39,040 bases of DNA from a virus (lineage: Duplodnaviria; Caudoviricetes). The translations under genes and the position numbers were made by a program. Positions within the stretch are counted from its first letter, which is position 1; each line of letters begins with the position of its first letter. Location of the stretch: the IMG/VR virus record IMGVR_UViG_3300037462_000308, positions 1 through 39,040 of that record. One strand, written 5' to 3'. The notes beneath the pieces are model-generated. The model saw only the letters and a list, made by a program, of their open reading frames with translations, had not been told where the DNA came from and did not search any database. This document shows, in pieces, positions 1 through 7,396 of this stretch.

Positions 1-127
1 CGGCGGCACGGCGTAGACCTCGACGATGCAGCCGACGCTGTAGCCCTCGGGCTGCACCGCGGCGAAGCGCACGGCGCCGACGTGCTTCTTGTCAAAGACG
101 CGCGTCCAGCCGGACGGCAGGCGTGGG
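1..127. repeat. Terminal direct repeat, left copy (circular assembly overlap)
   Basis: 1-127 is identical to 38914-39040 and lies inside a reading frame that continues across the junction. Confidence 0.95.
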
Positions 128-975
128 CCCTGGGCCTTCCGATCCCACTCGACCGAGCGGAGCTTGCCGCGCGTGGTGCGCGCCGTCAGCGCCGCGATCT
201 GGGCCGTGATGAAGCCCTCGATGTCCGTCGTCGTGAAGCGATCGGCGTCGTCCGGCTGCGCGAACAGATCCTCGTCCCACGCGATGTCGACCGCCTTGAT
301 GTCGAAGATCGCGCGCGACTGCGGGATGCGCTTGATCTGGCAGGCGTTGGCGATGCGGTACCAGGCCGGCGCCTTCACCCCCTTATGCGTCTGCACCCAG
401 GCATCCGGCAGGGCCAGCGCCTTCACCTGCACCTCGTGCGGCGCGCCGGCGATGATCGCCAGCTCTTCCTCCTCCGGCATCTCGCCCGCCTCGATCGCGG
501 CTATCATGTCCGGGTGCAGCCGGCCGAGCTTGTCGAGCTGCCGCGCCAGCCGGGTCGGGATGCCCAACGCCATCGCCGCGCCGTCGAGCGTCCAGCCGTG
601 CTCGTCCTGCAGGTGCACCATCGCCCGCCAGAGGTCGACCGGCGCCAGCGCGGCGCGCTGGTGGTTCGCCGCGACGCCGGCGGCCATGGTCATCCGCTCC
701 TCGGTCGCGACCTCCACGGCCCGGATCGTGTCGAGGCCGGCGGCGCGCGCGGCCGCCACGCGGCGGTGCCCGTCCACCACCTGGTGCGCCTGCGCTTCCT
801 CGTTCCAGCGGACCAGGATCGGCTGCAGCACGCCGAGCGCCTTGATCGATTCCGCCAGCCCGGCGTCGGCCTGGGCGGAGGCGCGGGTGCGGCGCTGCTG
901 GTACGGGCCGCTGTCATCCAGCGTGTCGATCGCGATGGTGAGCAGCCCGCGCTGCTCGATGGTGGCGGTGTTCAT
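1..975 (-). CDS. ParB/Spo0J-domain protein, N-terminal part (continues across the junction into 38913..38032; 618 aa total)
   Basis: Missed by the ORF track. Manual translation from ATG 975: MNTATIEQ...LAESIKALGVLQPILVR...VVDGHRRVAAA...AANHQRAALAPVD, the ParB N-terminal GxRR motif; in frame with ORF 38032..38985. Confidence 0.88.
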   Translation of the reverse strand, partial: MNTATIEQRGLLTIAIDTLDDSGPYQQRRTRASAQADAGLAESIKALGVLQPILVRWNEEAQAHQVVDGHRRVAAARAAGLDTIRAVEVATEERMTMAAGVAANHQRAALAPVDLWRAMVHLQDEHGWTLDGAAMALGIPTRLARQLDKLGRLHPDMIAAIEAGEMPEEEELAIIAGAPHEVQVKALALPDAWVQTHKGVKAPAWYRIANACQIKRIPQSRAIFDIKAVDIAWDEDLFAQPDDADRFTTTDIEGFITAQIAALTARTTRGKLRSVEWDRKAQGPRLPSGWTRVFDKKHVGAVRFAAVQPEGYSVGCIVEVYAVPP

Positions 976-1154
976 CGGTCGTCGGGCTCCTGGGCCTTCA
1001 GGCGGAAAAGGTCGGCGAGCTCCTCGGCGACGCGCGCGCGGGCGCGGCGCTGGGCTTGCTCTTGGTCGGTGTCGAAGATGTGCCCGCGGGACATGATCTC
1101 TCGGGCCATGTCGGCGGCGAGCTGCGCCGCCTGGTTCCAGATGAACGCGCTCAT
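972..1154 (-). CDS. Hypothetical protein (60 aa, MSAFIWNQAA...)
   Basis: ATGA overlaps with both neighbours; C-terminal part of ORF 972..1580. Confidence 0.7.
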   Translation of the reverse strand: MSAFIWNQAAQLAADMAREIMSRGHIFDTDQEQAQRRARARVAEELADLFRLKAQEPDDR

Positions 1155-2215
1155 GCGGCGTTCGCCTTGGTCAGCAGCTTCCACTCCGCGTGCCAGTTCG
1201 AGAGCACCGACAGCGGCAGGCCGAATTCGGCCGCGACGTCGCGGACCGTCATGCCGCTGGCGAAGGCGTCGAAGACCTCGGCCTTCTCGTCGGCGGGTGC
1301 GGCGGGCGCCGGCGTGGCAGGCGGAGTGGCGGGCGGCGGCGCGTCGGGCGTGGCAGCCTTCTGGTCCTCGGCGCCGTGGTGAGGCGCAGCCTCGGCCGCA
1401 GTAGTGGCAGGCGCTTCCGCCGGGGCCGCCGCCGCCATCGCCACCGCGTAGGGGCGCTGCGTCGGCAGGCCGATGCGCTTCGCCCAGCCGTACATGGCCT
1501 TGTGGGCTTGCGGCTTCGGTCCAGGCAGCATGCAGATCCTCGCGTGGATCTGGCGCACCGATACCGACGGATCCGCCCACAGCTTTCGGAGCAGCTCCAT
1601 CCGCTCCGGCGTGCGCATTCCCTGGTCGACCGCCGGCTTCGCGTCGAGCGACGCGGCGCCGCCCTTCTGGCCGCTGCGCTCCGCCAGGGCGTCCAGCGTT
1701 TCGGCGGTTCTCCGGATGTCGAGTCTGAGCGCCTTCGTCCTCAGCGCCGCCGTGCTCGCGACTGGCGGCCCGGGCAGCTCGTTGAGGATCTCGAGAAGCG
1801 CCTGGTCGTCCATGCAGGTCGGCCAGTGCTCGCGCAGCTTCGCCGTGCGCTCATCCGTCCAGACGCTGACCGGATGATGCCCGCCGGACGGCTTGCGGCC
1901 GATGGCGCGGATGATGGGGCCCCCGGCCGCCTGGGCCGGCTCGGGGGCGTGCGGCTGAGTGGCCGCCCCTGCTTCGGGCGGCGTCGGCGCAGGCGTGTAC
2001 GCGCCTGATGCAGGGCCACTCGGCAGATTGATCTCGTCCATAAGCTTCCGCGCGCGGCCCTGCGGCTGCGTCGCCTCCGGCGCGGTGATCTTGCGCAGCG
2101 TGTGCAGAACCGCCCCGGCCCATTCAGGCCGATGCTCCACCAGCGCGACATGCGCGTCGGTCAGCAGCTCGTGCAGCGCGGCCCGCGAGATGCTGAGGGC
2201 CTGGTCAGCGGACAT
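1151..2215 (-). CDS. Multi-HTH protein with two GcrA-N-like motifs and a C-terminal HTH
   Basis: WTDERTAKLREHW and RTPERMELLRKLWADPSVSVRQIHARI resemble the GcrA N-terminus; C-terminal FASGMTVRDVAAEFGLPLSVLSNW is HTH-like. Confidence 0.65.
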   Translation of the reverse strand: MSADQALSISRAALHELLTDAHVALVEHRPEWAGAVLHTLRKITAPEATQPQGRARKLMDEINLPSGPASGAYTPAPTPPEAGAATQPHAPEPAQAAGGPIIRAIGRKPSGGHHPVSVWTDERTAKLREHWPTCMDDQALLEILNELPGPPVASTAALRTKALRLDIRRTAETLDALAERSGQKGGAASLDAKPAVDQGMRTPERMELLRKLWADPSVSVRQIHARICMLPGPKPQAHKAMYGWAKRIGLPTQRPYAVAMAAAAPAEAPATTAAEAAPHHGAEDQKAATPDAPPPATPPATPAPAAPADEKAEVFDAFASGMTVRDVAAEFGLPLSVLSNWHAEWKLLTKANAA

Positions 2216-2393
2216 GCTGCGCCACTCCCGACAGGATCCACGCGAAGGCGTGCAGGGTGCCGACGATCGCGAACGCCGCCAGGACGAGCGCGAGAACGAT
2301 GCTTAGGCCGATGCCGCGACGCGCTTCCGCCTGCTCGGCGTCTCGCGACATCACGAACGACACGCCGCCGCGGGCCTTCCTCGAGGCGCTCAT
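2205..2393 (-). CDS. Small membrane protein (62 aa)
   Basis: One hydrophobic segment GIGLSIVLALVLAAFAIVGTLHAFAWILSG; overlaps neighbours. Confidence 0.65.
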   Translation of the reverse strand: MSASRKARGGVSFVMSRDAEQAEARRGIGLSIVLALVLAAFAIVGTLHAFAWILSGVAQHVR

Positions 2394-3337
2394 GCCAGCC
2401 TCCCGATCGGCCGGGAGCGGCGCGCGCGCTCTTTTGCGCTGTTCCGAGCCTGTGCAATCATCTGAGCTCTAGTGAGCGCTTCGTACTCCTCATGTTCAGG
2501 TGAGATGTGAGGCGCGTCGGCATAAACGGGCTCATTGCCGGTCAGCGCTTGCACCGCTGCGCGCAGTTCAGTCCATGTCATCCAGCGCCTCGCCCCGCAT
2601 TCCGTTGCGAGTGCGCGTCCATCGTTGTCCGACAGAAGCCCGCTCAGACCCGCGGGCACAACCTCGTCGTCCGCAGCTGTCGCGATACACGAGAAGCCGC
2701 AGGCCTTGCATCGGAAGGCCACGATCATGCGCAAGGAATCGCTCCCGATTAGTGATTCGGTCGCATCGGCTGCTTCGATCAGCAGCGCTTCAAGTTCCTG
2801 CTCATAGGCTTCTTCTATCTCGGCGGCATTCATGCCGTCGAAGCGCCCGTCGCCATTGTTGCGCAACATCCATTCCGTAAAGACGCGGCGTCCTGCTGGC
2901 CGGCGATTAGGGCGCACCGGACTCTCGGGCCACGAATACCTGAGTTCTTCGTACCCGCTATCAACGCACCGAGGACAAGGCTCGCTGACCTCTGGTCTGT
3001 AGCAAGCGAATCTCGCGCCTAGCTCCGGTTCGGGAGCCAAAACTGTCGCTTGCACCGTGATTTCTTGCACGTCGCCGTGCAAGCGGCCTGCTTTGTCATA
3101 CCAACGCACGTCGGGGATCGCGTGCTTCGTGCGGTAAGCGGTGAGCTTCTCGGGGCGCGTGTACCCAATCTCGACAGCGCAGAGCGTTTTTCCGCTGTCG
3201 CGTTCGCAGACTTGAATATCGGGAAACAGACGCGTTCCCGCCAATGCGACCTCGTAGCGGTAGATGTAAGAATCAGGCGGGTATTCACCATGAAGCTTTG
3301 CCGCAATGGCTTCGATCAGGGACCGTGGATGGCTCAT
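2390..3337 (-). CDS. Hypothetical protein, possible PD-(D/E)xK nuclease fold with CxxC motifs
   Basis: 315 aa, visibly lower GC; FPDIQV...AVEIG motif; CPRC and CKAC. Confidence 0.55.
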   Translation of the reverse strand: MSHPRSLIEAIAAKLHGEYPPDSYIYRYEVALAGTRLFPDIQVCERDSGKTLCAVEIGYTRPEKLTAYRTKHAIPDVRWYDKAGRLHGDVQEITVQATVLAPEPELGARFACYRPEVSEPCPRCVDSGYEELRYSWPESPVRPNRRPAGRRVFTEWMLRNNGDGRFDGMNAAEIEEAYEQELEALLIEAADATESLIGSDSLRMIVAFRCKACGFSCIATAADDEVVPAGLSGLLSDNDGRALATECGARRWMTWTELRAAVQALTGNEPVYADAPHISPEHEEYEALTRAQMIAQARNSAKERARRSRPIGRLA

Positions 3338-3549
3338 TTCCAGGCCCCCCTCAGTGCGGGCTTTACGTCGACCACCGGAAGCGACGCCAGAAAAGCTTCG
3401 AAGCTCGCGCGGTCGATGAACGTGCGTCCGTCGACCTTCAGCAGCTTGAGGCGACCTTCACTGGCGAGGCGGTAAACAGTAGAGCGCGCCAGTCCGACGA
3501 AGGACTTGGACTGGGGCACGGGAATCAGCACGGGAAGGTTTGAGTTCAC
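3334..3549 (-). CDS. Excisionase/AlpA-like winged-helix DNA-binding protein (71 aa)
   Basis: GTG start overlapping the upstream stop; VGLARSTVYRLASEGRLKLLKVDGRTFIDRASFEAFL is a typical Xis/HTH_17 pattern. Confidence 0.8.
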   Translation of the reverse strand: MNSNLPVLIPVPQSKSFVGLARSTVYRLASEGRLKLLKVDGRTFIDRASFEAFLASLPVVDVKPALRGAWK

Positions 3550-3821
3550 GATGCATTCTCCATCTTCATCGAGGCGCGACGCGCGCGCTCCGCGTCCAGC
3601 GAGATGATGCGACCCGCGTCGAGCTCCGCCGCTGTCGCATGCCGCTGCTTGCGCCAGTGGTCGGGCACGACCAGCCGCTGCCCGGCCAGCAGCTGCTCGC
3701 GCACCGCGTCGACCTCGCTGATGGCGGCGGCTAGCTGCTCCTGCAGGTTCGGTGCCCACACCAGGGTCGCGCGCACCTTCGCGATCACCGCCAGGGCGGC
3801 GTTGAGGCGTTCATCAAGCAT
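3546..3821 (-). CDS. Hypothetical protein (91 aa)
   Basis: Coupled ORF in the leftward operon. Confidence 0.65.
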   Translation of the reverse strand: MLDERLNAALAVIAKVRATLVWAPNLQEQLAAAISEVDAVREQLLAGQRLVVPDHWRKQRHATAAELDAGRIISLDAERARRASMKMENAS

Positions 3822-3933
3822 CGGGTGTGACCCCCACGAGGATCAGGGCGAGGCCTGCGAAGGCGGCGAGCCAGCAGACCAGGGCGAAGAGGTCCTGCGC
3901 GATGAACACCGCGCGGCTGTGGCGGCGGCTCAT
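3814..3933 (-). CDS. Small membrane peptide (39 aa)
   Basis: Below ORF-track cutoff: MSRRHSRAVFIAQDLFALVCWLAAFAGLALILVGVTPDA; fills the gap and overlaps both neighbours. Confidence 0.6.
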   Translation of the reverse strand: MSRRHSRAVFIAQDLFALVCWLAAFAGLALILVGVTPDA

Positions 3934-4274
3934 CGCCATGCGCTCCGCGCGCGCGGCTGGTCGTCCCAAGTGCGGACGCCGGCCGGGCCGTAAGACAGCG
4001 GCAGCTTCGGCGGGTGTGGGTACCGCGGCGCCGCGTCAGTGAGGATCGACGCGAGCCGCTCCATGGCCCGAGTCTCGTCGTCGCCGTGCGGGAACAGTTC
4101 GCGGCGCTCGGCCGCGCCAGCGCGCAGCGCTTCAGCAACGCGCAGGACCGTGTCGGCTGTCACCCCCTCCGCAGCGAGCAGCGTGCAGCCGAAGGCGGCG
4201 AAGCCGTCGGGCAGGCTGGTCAGCGCGGCCTGGGTCTGCGCGACGGTCGGGGTGTCGGCGAGGTCCAGGGGCAT
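3930..4274 (-). CDS. Hypothetical protein (114 aa, MPLDLADTP...)
   Basis: ATG 2 nt after the upstream stop with GGAGG upstream. Confidence 0.6.
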   Translation of the reverse strand: MPLDLADTPTVAQTQAALTSLPDGFAAFGCTLLAAEGVTADTVLRVAEALRAGAAERRELFPHGDDETRAMERLASILTDAAPRYPHPPKLPLSYGPAGVRTWDDQPRARSAWR

Positions 4275-4275
4275 G

Positions 4276-4527
4276 TCAGCGGCCCTCCGGCGCCGGCCGC
4301 GCCCAGAGAAGCCGCGCAAACAGCGCCGCGGCCGCGCGACCCTCGTCGGTGTCCGGCCAGCGCAGCACTACGCCAGGCGTCGTCGCGTGCCCTGCTGTAG
4401 TCGGCACATGGCCAGCGGTGAAGCTGTCGATCGGCGGAAGAGCGGCCAGCGCCGACTTCAGTGCCTGTTCGGCGAAGTGCGCCGCGCCGCCGCGACCGTC
4501 GATAGGGTTGTCGATGGAGTAGGGCAT
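4276..4527 (-). CDS. Hypothetical protein, first gene of the PL operon (83 aa)
   Basis: GGGAG RBS upstream; immediately downstream of the PL-like promoter. Confidence 0.6.
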   Translation of the reverse strand: MPYSIDNPIDGRGGAAHFAEQALKSALAALPPIDSFTAGHVPTTAGHATTPGVVLRWPDTDEGRAAAALFARLLWARPAPEGR

Positions 4528-4553
4528 CCGTCGCTCCCGATGGGTGACGACGG

Positions 4554-4606
4554 AAGGTAGCCATAGGCTACACGACAGAGCAAGCGGAAAAGTAGCCGAC
4601 GACTAC
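4554..4606 (-). promoter_or_regulatory. PL-like promoter with two operators (OL)
   Basis: Palindromes GTAGCC-ATA-GGCTAC (4557-4571) and GTAGCC-GAC-GACTAC (4592-4606); minus strand -35 TTGCTC (4583-4578), 18 bp, -10 TACCTT (4559-4554). Confidence 0.8.
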
Positions 4607-4610
4607 ATGT

Positions 4611-4958
4611 TCAATTTTTCAGGTTCTGCTCAGCCTCGGCTGTTTCTGCTGTGTTCTCAAGCAGCGTGCGAACCGTCTCGCGAACGTGAGGAGGGGCTCG
4701 ACGCAAAAGGAGTATAATCCGCTCCTCATCTACGCCCTCGGCGATCACTGGGCCGTTGGTTTCCGATCCAAACAGGAGGAAGTCCATGCTCACGTTGAAA
4801 TGCTTGGCCAAGGCGACAAGGCTCCTGCGTCCCGGCTTTTTCTTGCCGCCCTCCCACTGCGTCACAATGACGCGCGAGACGCCGGCAGCAGCCGCGACCT
4901 CATATTGATCCTCGCCACGCTCTAGGCGCAAGTTCCTAATTCTCTGTGCTAGATCCAT
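4611..4958 (-). CDS. CI-like XRE-family repressor (115 aa, no S24 peptidase domain)
   Basis: LAQRIRNLRLERGEDQYEVAAAAGVSRVIVTQWEGGKKKPG...LAKHFNVSMDFLLFG is an HTH_3 pattern; divergent from Cro-like gene; flanked by operators. Confidence 0.88.
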   Translation of the reverse strand: MDLAQRIRNLRLERGEDQYEVAAAAGVSRVIVTQWEGGKKKPGRRSLVALAKHFNVSMDFLLFGSETNGPVIAEGVDEERIILLLRRAPPHVRETVRTLLENTAETAEAEQNLKN

Positions 4959-4991
4959 GGCCTCATCGTCGGGCCGAACACAAGCTGTTGC

Positions 4992-5045
4992 GTTGCCTGG
5001 GGCTACATTTCCCGCTTGCGTCTGAAAGTAGCCCACGGCTACCTT
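4992..5045 (+). promoter_or_regulatory. PR-like promoter with two operators (OR)
   Basis: GTTGCC-TGG-GGCTAC (4992-5006) and GTAGCC-CAC-GGCTAC (5028-5042); -35 TTGCGT (5016-5021), 18 bp, -10 TACCTT (5040-5045). Confidence 0.8.
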
Positions 5046-5052
5046 GCGTCGC

Positions 5053-5268
5053 ATGAGCGCAGTCGACCGTGTGATCGAAAGGCTAGGGGGCGTCGCGGCC
5101 ACAGCGCGCGCCTTTGGCGTAAAGCACCCAACGGTGATCGGATGGCGGGAGCGCGGCGTGTTGCCGGCCGAGCGCGTCGCCGAGGCGGCGAAGCTCACCG
5201 AGATCCCGCCGGCCGAGCTCCGGCCGGATCTTGCGAGCGTCTTCGCCCCGAAGCCCGAGGCGGCCTAA
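5053..5268 (+). CDS. Cro/YdaS-like transcriptional regulator (71 aa)
   Basis: IERLGGVAATARAFGVKHPTVIGW...VLPAERV...ELRPDL, typical of Cro/YdaS; divergent from repressor. Confidence 0.88.
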   Translation: MSAVDRVIERLGGVAATARAFGVKHPTVIGWRERGVLPAERVAEAAKLTEIPPAELRPDLASVFAPKPEAA

Positions 5269-5513
5269 TGCTGCCGGCGTTGGGCCGCTCCGACGATGGC
5301 CGAGCCGACGCCGAGTACGGCGGCGATCAGCAGCCAGCTCGTGTCCCAGGCCTCGCGCTTCATGGCTGGGCACTCGAAGACGCGGCCAAGCGCGCGCATT
5401 TCGGCGCAGCCGCGACGGACCTCCGCGTTCCATCGGGCAGCATCGGCCTCCGGCGCGGCCATGAAGGCGGCGCCGGTAGCGAGCAAAAGCAGCGCCGCGA
5501 CGATCCAGCGCAT
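5265..5513 (-). CDS. Small membrane protein, two hydrophobic segments (82 aa)
   Basis: MRWIVAALLLLATGAAFMA... and WLLIAAVLGVGSAIVG; two Cys in the loop. Confidence 0.65.
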   Translation of the reverse strand: MRWIVAALLLLATGAAFMAAPEADAARWNAEVRRGCAEMRALGRVFECPAMKREAWDTSWLLIAAVLGVGSAIVGAAQRRQH

Positions 5514-5516
5514 GGG

Positions 5517-5870
5517 CTATCGCTCTGCCGGTGTGCTGGCCCCGTTCGGGCATCTGACGGTCAGCGTGTACAGGCGGATCGGGACGCCGATCGGTGTTGT
5601 GCCGAACTCTGTCTGTCGGCGGCTTTCGATATGCGGTTTGCCGCATTGCTGTGCCAACGCCGTGTCGACGATACGCTGCTGCATGTCCGCACGCTCGTAG
5701 GCCGGTGCGAAGCCACTGCTGCGGATCGTCACTGTCAGTCGCGTCGGGTCGCCTTCTATCGGGGCAAGCTGGAGCTCGCCGGAGCCGATCATCGACCCGA
5801 CGTGCGCTTGGCCGCCGATGGCGCAGCCTGCCACCAGCCCCGCCGTCAGCATCACCGCAGCCAATCGCAT
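5517..5870 (-). CDS. Lipoprotein (117 aa), candidate superinfection exclusion
   Basis: Signal peptide with lipobox MRLAAVMLTAGLVAG-C; the function is inferred from position only. Confidence 0.7.
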   Translation of the reverse strand: MRLAAVMLTAGLVAGCAIGGQAHVGSMIGSGELQLAPIEGDPTRLTVTIRSSGFAPAYERADMQQRIVDTALAQQCGKPHIESRRQTEFGTTPIGVPIRLYTLTVRCPNGASTPAER

Positions 5871-5929
5871 CCGTCGCTCCGTCCGTTGATGCCCGTGATG
5901 ATGGCGCGGCGCGCCGGCGGATTCCACGA

Positions 5930-6160
5930 TCATCGCGCATGCGGTCGGTGCAGCATCAGGTCGGTCAGCGCCGTCTCGCAAGCTTCGACCATCGCGCGAG
6001 CCGCTGGCGTGGAGCGCTTCTCGGCGACGGCGCCGATCTCAAGCAGTTCGCGCCGAAGCATCGCATACCCGGCATCGTCCATCGTCCGCGCTGCCACCCG
6101 AAGCACAGTGGCCAGCAACGCCGCGCGCGCCTCCACCAGGTGCATGGTGTCGTCGGCCAT
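5930..6160 (-). CDS. Hypothetical protein (76 aa, MADDTMHL...)
   Basis: Strong purine-rich RBS (GGAGGAGAGAG) upstream of ATG. Confidence 0.6.
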   Translation of the reverse strand: MADDTMHLVEARAALLATVLRVAARTMDDAGYAMLRRELLEIGAVAEKRSTPAARAMVEACETALTDLMLHRPHAR

Positions 6161-6324
6161 TGCTCTCTCCTCCCGGTGCCGGCCTGCAAGCCGTCGCCGA
6201 GACTGCGACCGAGAAGGCGCGGGCCGCAATCCCGCCGCCGTCCCGGTCTTGGCGTCCGTCCTCCTGTCGTCCCGCCGCATGCGTCCTCCTAGCCGAGGCG
6301 AATGCAGCACGGGGAACAGCCGAC

Positions 6325-6780
6325 ATGGCGGGTATCTCGCCCAGCAAAGCGGGTGCGGAAATGCTTGACACGGCGCTCATCGGCCGCGTCGAGGCGCGTG
6401 TTCGCGAGGAGCTCGCGGCCGAGCGCGGACGAGGCCAGCCGCTGAAAGCCGCGTTCCAAGCGGTCGCGCGGCGTCTTGGCATCACGCCCCGCCGCGTCCG
6501 CGCATACCACAACGGCGAGGTCAGGCCCGACCAGGTGTCGGCTGCCGAGCTGCTCATCATCGATGCGCGATATCGCGCTGAGCTCGCGGCCCTGGTGGCG
6601 CGGCTGGAAGCGATCAGGGGGCTGATCAGTGGTGAAGAGGATGCGGATGCGCTGGGCGGCCTGGCGCCGCCGGGCGTGGCTGCGCGCGGCGGATTGGGCC
6701 GTGGCGCGGTCGAGGAAGGCCGACGTGGTTCTGCGCCGGCTGCGCGGATGGTGAAGGGAGGCGAGAATGGCAAAGGGTAG
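6325..6780 (+). CDS. CII-like HTH regulator (start 6325 or 6361)
   Basis: AAFQAVARRLGITPRRVRAYHNGE HTH; next + strand gene after Cro. Confidence 0.6.
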   Translation: MAGISPSKAGAEMLDTALIGRVEARVREELAAERGRGQPLKAAFQAVARRLGITPRRVRAYHNGEVRPDQVSAAELLIIDARYRAELAALVARLEAIRGLISGEEDADALGGLAPPGVAARGGLGRGAVEEGRRGSAPAARMVKGGENGKG

Positions 6781-7396
6781 GGGCGAGACCCTCGCCTGGA
6801 CGGCGGAGCACGACGCGCTTCTGCGCGAGCTTTGGGAAGCCGGCGCGACGACCGGCGAGATCGGCCGTCGGCTGCAGCGTTCGACGAACAGCGTGATCGG
6901 CCGTGCGCATCGCCTGAGCCTGCCGCGGCCCGCCAGCCCGATCATCCGCGCTGCCGGCGTGCCGCGTCCGAAGCCGGTGCGAACCGATTCCGCCGCGGCG
7001 CTCGCGCGCGCACAGAAGCGTTCGGCGGCCGTCGCGGCGCCGCGCCCCGTGACCCAAATCCCGGCGCGTGCCGGCGATCCGACTGCGGCGGTCCCGCAGC
7101 GTACTGACCGCGAGGACGTGACCTCGCGGGGTCTTGCCTCCCTGTTACCAGCCTTGCCGCCGCCGGTGCCGCGTGCGCCGGCGGCGGGCTTTTCGGGCTG
7201 TCGCTGGCCGCTGTGGGGTGACAAGGAACGGCCCGACCATCGCTTCTGCGGTGAGCCCGCGCGGCGGCGTCCGGATGGTAGCCGCTGCGTCTACTGTGCC
7301 GAGCATGCGGCGCGCGCCTTCACGCGACACATCGACCGCGACCCGAACCACAAGGTCATCCGCTCGACGTTCGCCTGGGGTGGTGTCGCGGCATGA
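6767..7396 (+). CDS. gcrA: GcrA cell-cycle regulator family protein
   Basis: N-terminal WTAEHDALLRELWEAGATTGEIGRRL..STNSVIGRAHRL and C-terminal CRWPLWGD...FCG...YCAEH signatures. Confidence 0.9.
   Translation: MAKGRGETLAWTAEHDALLRELWEAGATTGEIGRRLQRSTNSVIGRAHRLSLPRPASPIIRAAGVPRPKPVRTDSAAALARAQKRSAAVAAPRPVTQIPARAGDPTAAVPQRTDREDVTSRGLASLLPALPPPVPRAPAAGFSGCRWPLWGDKERPDHRFCGEPARRRPDGSRCVYCAEHAARAFTRHIDRDPNHKVIRSTFAWGGVAA

Noticed and set aside
1-127. 127-bp terminal repeat as a biological direct terminal repeat
   Set aside because: It falls mid-gene, its length matches a common assembler k-mer overlap, and a GpA terminase with a cos-like site indicates cohesive ends elsewhere
82-1404. Long + strand ORFs 82..1404 and 89..1096
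   Set aside because: Antisense shadows of the ParB gene in high-GC DNA; no motifs
2390-3337. ORF after the xis-like gene as the integrase
   Set aside because: No R...HxxR...Y tyrosine recombinase or serine recombinase catalytic motifs visible
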